Part shown: piece after piece, positions 62,548 through 64,000 of the stretch | How the letters are laid out: each line of letters starts with the position of its first letter | Numbering within the stretch: the first letter of the stretch is position 1 | Virus record (IMG/VR): IMGVR_UViG_3300029286_000037 | Location: 867 to 64,866 of that record | Length of the DNA stretch: 64,000 bases | Source: a virus | Taxonomy: Duplodnaviria; Caudoviricetes | Strand: one strand, 5' to 3' | The notes under the pieces: model-generated | What the model saw: only the letters and a program-made list of their open reading frames with translations | What the model was told of the DNA's origin: nothing | Databases searched by the model: none | Translations under genes and position numbers: made by a program

Positions 62548-63865
62548 CGATTATCTGAGTAAATTGCTCTTTTGAAAGCTTACTCTTTTTAAGTTGATCA
62601 GGCACAACTGACGATGTATCCGGTCCCCAAACTTTAGAAACCGTCTCCGTCACTTTCTCATTTTTTTCAGACTGAAGCTTACGTAATTTTATACCACGCA
62701 TCTTATCGTCTTTTTCCCATGGTTGGAGAGTTTTATCATCTAAGATTTCTCTACCTTCATCCTGGTTTTTTGTGCTCTTTTTTACCTGATTAACTTCTTC
62801 CGGAACATCAAACGCCTTAAACTTAAAGCCCCCCTTCAAGAACTTATAGTGGAGTATTAACAGATCGGACTGAAACATTGTCACATCATTCAATCTATTT
62901 TTATTTAGAATATAATCGAGCATCTCAAATAGAACATTCCCGAAACCATGCCTCAAGGATTGTACTATACTGTTATAATTGGCGCTTTCAAAAACAATCC
63001 CACTTAAGCTTTTTAATGAATCATTCAACAGTCTGAGAATTGATTCATAAATTTGTCTGACATCCATACTACTAATAAGTTTGTCTGCTATTTTTATTGC
63101 AGCGCTTAAGTCGGTGGGGAGGGCAAGTAACATAGAAGCTATCTCAGCATCATATAAGGCAACAACCGATTTTACATTTTCTACGTTGATTTCCCCTAAC
63201 ATAGAAACTTGACGTATTTTATTTTCGGCATCCCTAAAATGCATCCCCACAGCCCGGGTTATGATATAGAGTGCCTCTTTATTGTACGCAAGATTTTTTA
63301 ATTCACAAATTTTTATAAGTTTTTGGATAATATCTTTCTCAGATGGCTCTGAGAGTCTGAAGTCACAACACCGGGATCGGATGGTGTTTGGCATTTTATC
63401 AACTTCTGTTGTACAGAATATCAGGATTATGTTTGGATCACCTGCCTCAAGCTGTAGTAGCAGTGCGTCTTTGCCGTCTTTAGTAATATTCTGGGCTTCA
63501 TCGAAAAGAATAATTTTCTTCCCAGCAATGCTCTCATATTTTAAAAGTTCTTTTATCTCTTGTATTCTATCTTTAGTTCCATTATTAGCAGCATCTATCT
63601 CAAGGTATCCGGTGTGTCTGTTTTCGAGGAAAGCCTGGCAAGATTCACAAGTGTTGCAGGGGGACATATCAGGTTGACGGTTTTTACATAAGATACTTCT
63701 GGCAAAAAGTCTACTAATGGTAGTCTTACCGGAAGAGTATGGACCAACAAATAGGTACCCGGCATCATACACATCTGCCATAAGATTACCTACTAGGATT
63801 CTTTTAGTAATTGGCAGACCAAGGACATCTTCAAATGTTAGAGGCCGAAATTCTGTTCCAAACAT
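62519..63865 (-). CDS. dnaX: DNA polymerase III gamma/tau-like clamp loader subunit
   Basis: FRPLTFEDVLG, Walker A GPYSSGKTT, PCNTCESC, EIDAA, FDEAQ, TIRSRC. Confidence 0.93.
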   Translation of the reverse strand: MFGTEFRPLTFEDVLGLPITKRILVGNLMADVYDAGYLFVGPYSSGKTTISRLFARSILCKNRQPDMSPCNTCESCQAFLENRHTGYLEIDAANNGTKDRIQEIKELLKYESIAGKKIILFDEAQNITKDGKDALLLQLEAGDPNIILIFCTTEVDKMPNTIRSRCCDFRLSEPSEKDIIQKLIKICELKNLAYNKEALYIITRAVGMHFRDAENKIRQVSMLGEINVENVKSVVALYDAEIASMLLALPTDLSAAIKIADKLISSMDVRQIYESILRLLNDSLKSLSGIVFESANYNSIVQSLRHGFGNVLFEMLDYILNKNRLNDVTMFQSDLLILHYKFLKGGFKFKAFDVPEEVNQVKKSTKNQDEGREILDDKTLQPWEKDDKMRGIKLRKLQSEKNEKVTETVSKVWGPDTSSVVPDQLKKSKLSKEQFTQIIGGNIEPDRI

Positions 63866-64000
63866 GCTTTTTACCGATCCTTTTTTTGTACTAAAACATA
63901 CTAAAATGAATTTAGCACTAATTTATCTTTAAGATAATTCCTAAAGATAGGTGAATCTCCCAATGCGCGAAGAAAAATTCCTCGCGCTCCATTTATATCT

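Noticed and set aside
53911-63865. Inteins or introns in terL or dnaX
   Set aside because: Both have ordinary lengths and contiguous motifs, with no C..HN-[CST] splice signatures.
1309-63932. The many short plus-strand and nested alternative-frame ORFs in the track (e.g. 4518..4883, 22451..22864, 58475..58999, 48645..49037)
   Set aside because: They are shadows of long, well-supported genes and show no recognisable motifs.
1-64000. Stop-codon reassignment (TAG or TGA recoding), common in some large phages
   Set aside because: Coding density is high in the standard code. TAG and TGA end many genes right before the next start (1775, 17693, 55782, 921). The only broken gene has a TAA.
1-64000. 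tRNA or rRNA genes
   Set aside because: Intergenic gaps are short and I saw no cloverleaf with a T-loop GTTCGA pattern in them.

Overview
A 64 kb, AT-rich piece of a large contractile-tailed (myovirus, probably jumbo) phage genome in the standard genetic code, containing most of the virion-morphogenesis region. Genes run mainly on the minus strand, from right to left: DnaX clamp loader, NusG paralog, 5'-3' exonuclease, sigma-region-4 protein, terminase, a large fibre/baseplate protein, portal, prohead protease, scaffold, decoration protein, HK97-fold major capsid protein, many small head-associated proteins, neck proteins, an actin-family ATPase, tail sheath, tail tube, chaperones and tape measure. 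Three plus-strand islands interrupt it: an RHH gene with a 1373-aa four-domain glycosyltransferase (the ORF track wrongly labels this one minus), a secreted protein, and a small RNA followed by a LamG protein with a T9SS-like tail (suggesting an FCB-group host). Main signals: (1) a recurrent [KR]-x-A motif at domain junctions of about 20 head-region proteins, suggesting a protease-matured cargo system that includes an NDT-like/2H-phosphoesterase (Acb1-like) fusion, a metallopeptidase and a protein with a hidden signal peptide; (2) a candidate virion O-glycosylation system with G-x-T-G sites; (3) a 15-bp oriented motif, AATAATCTATTAATA, with about 13 copies (putative late promoter); (4) a promoter-driven sRNA ending in a hairpin resembling a type I-E CRISPR repeat; (5) a stand-alone paralog of part of the capsid protein. 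All calls come from reading motifs and gene order by eye; no searches were run.
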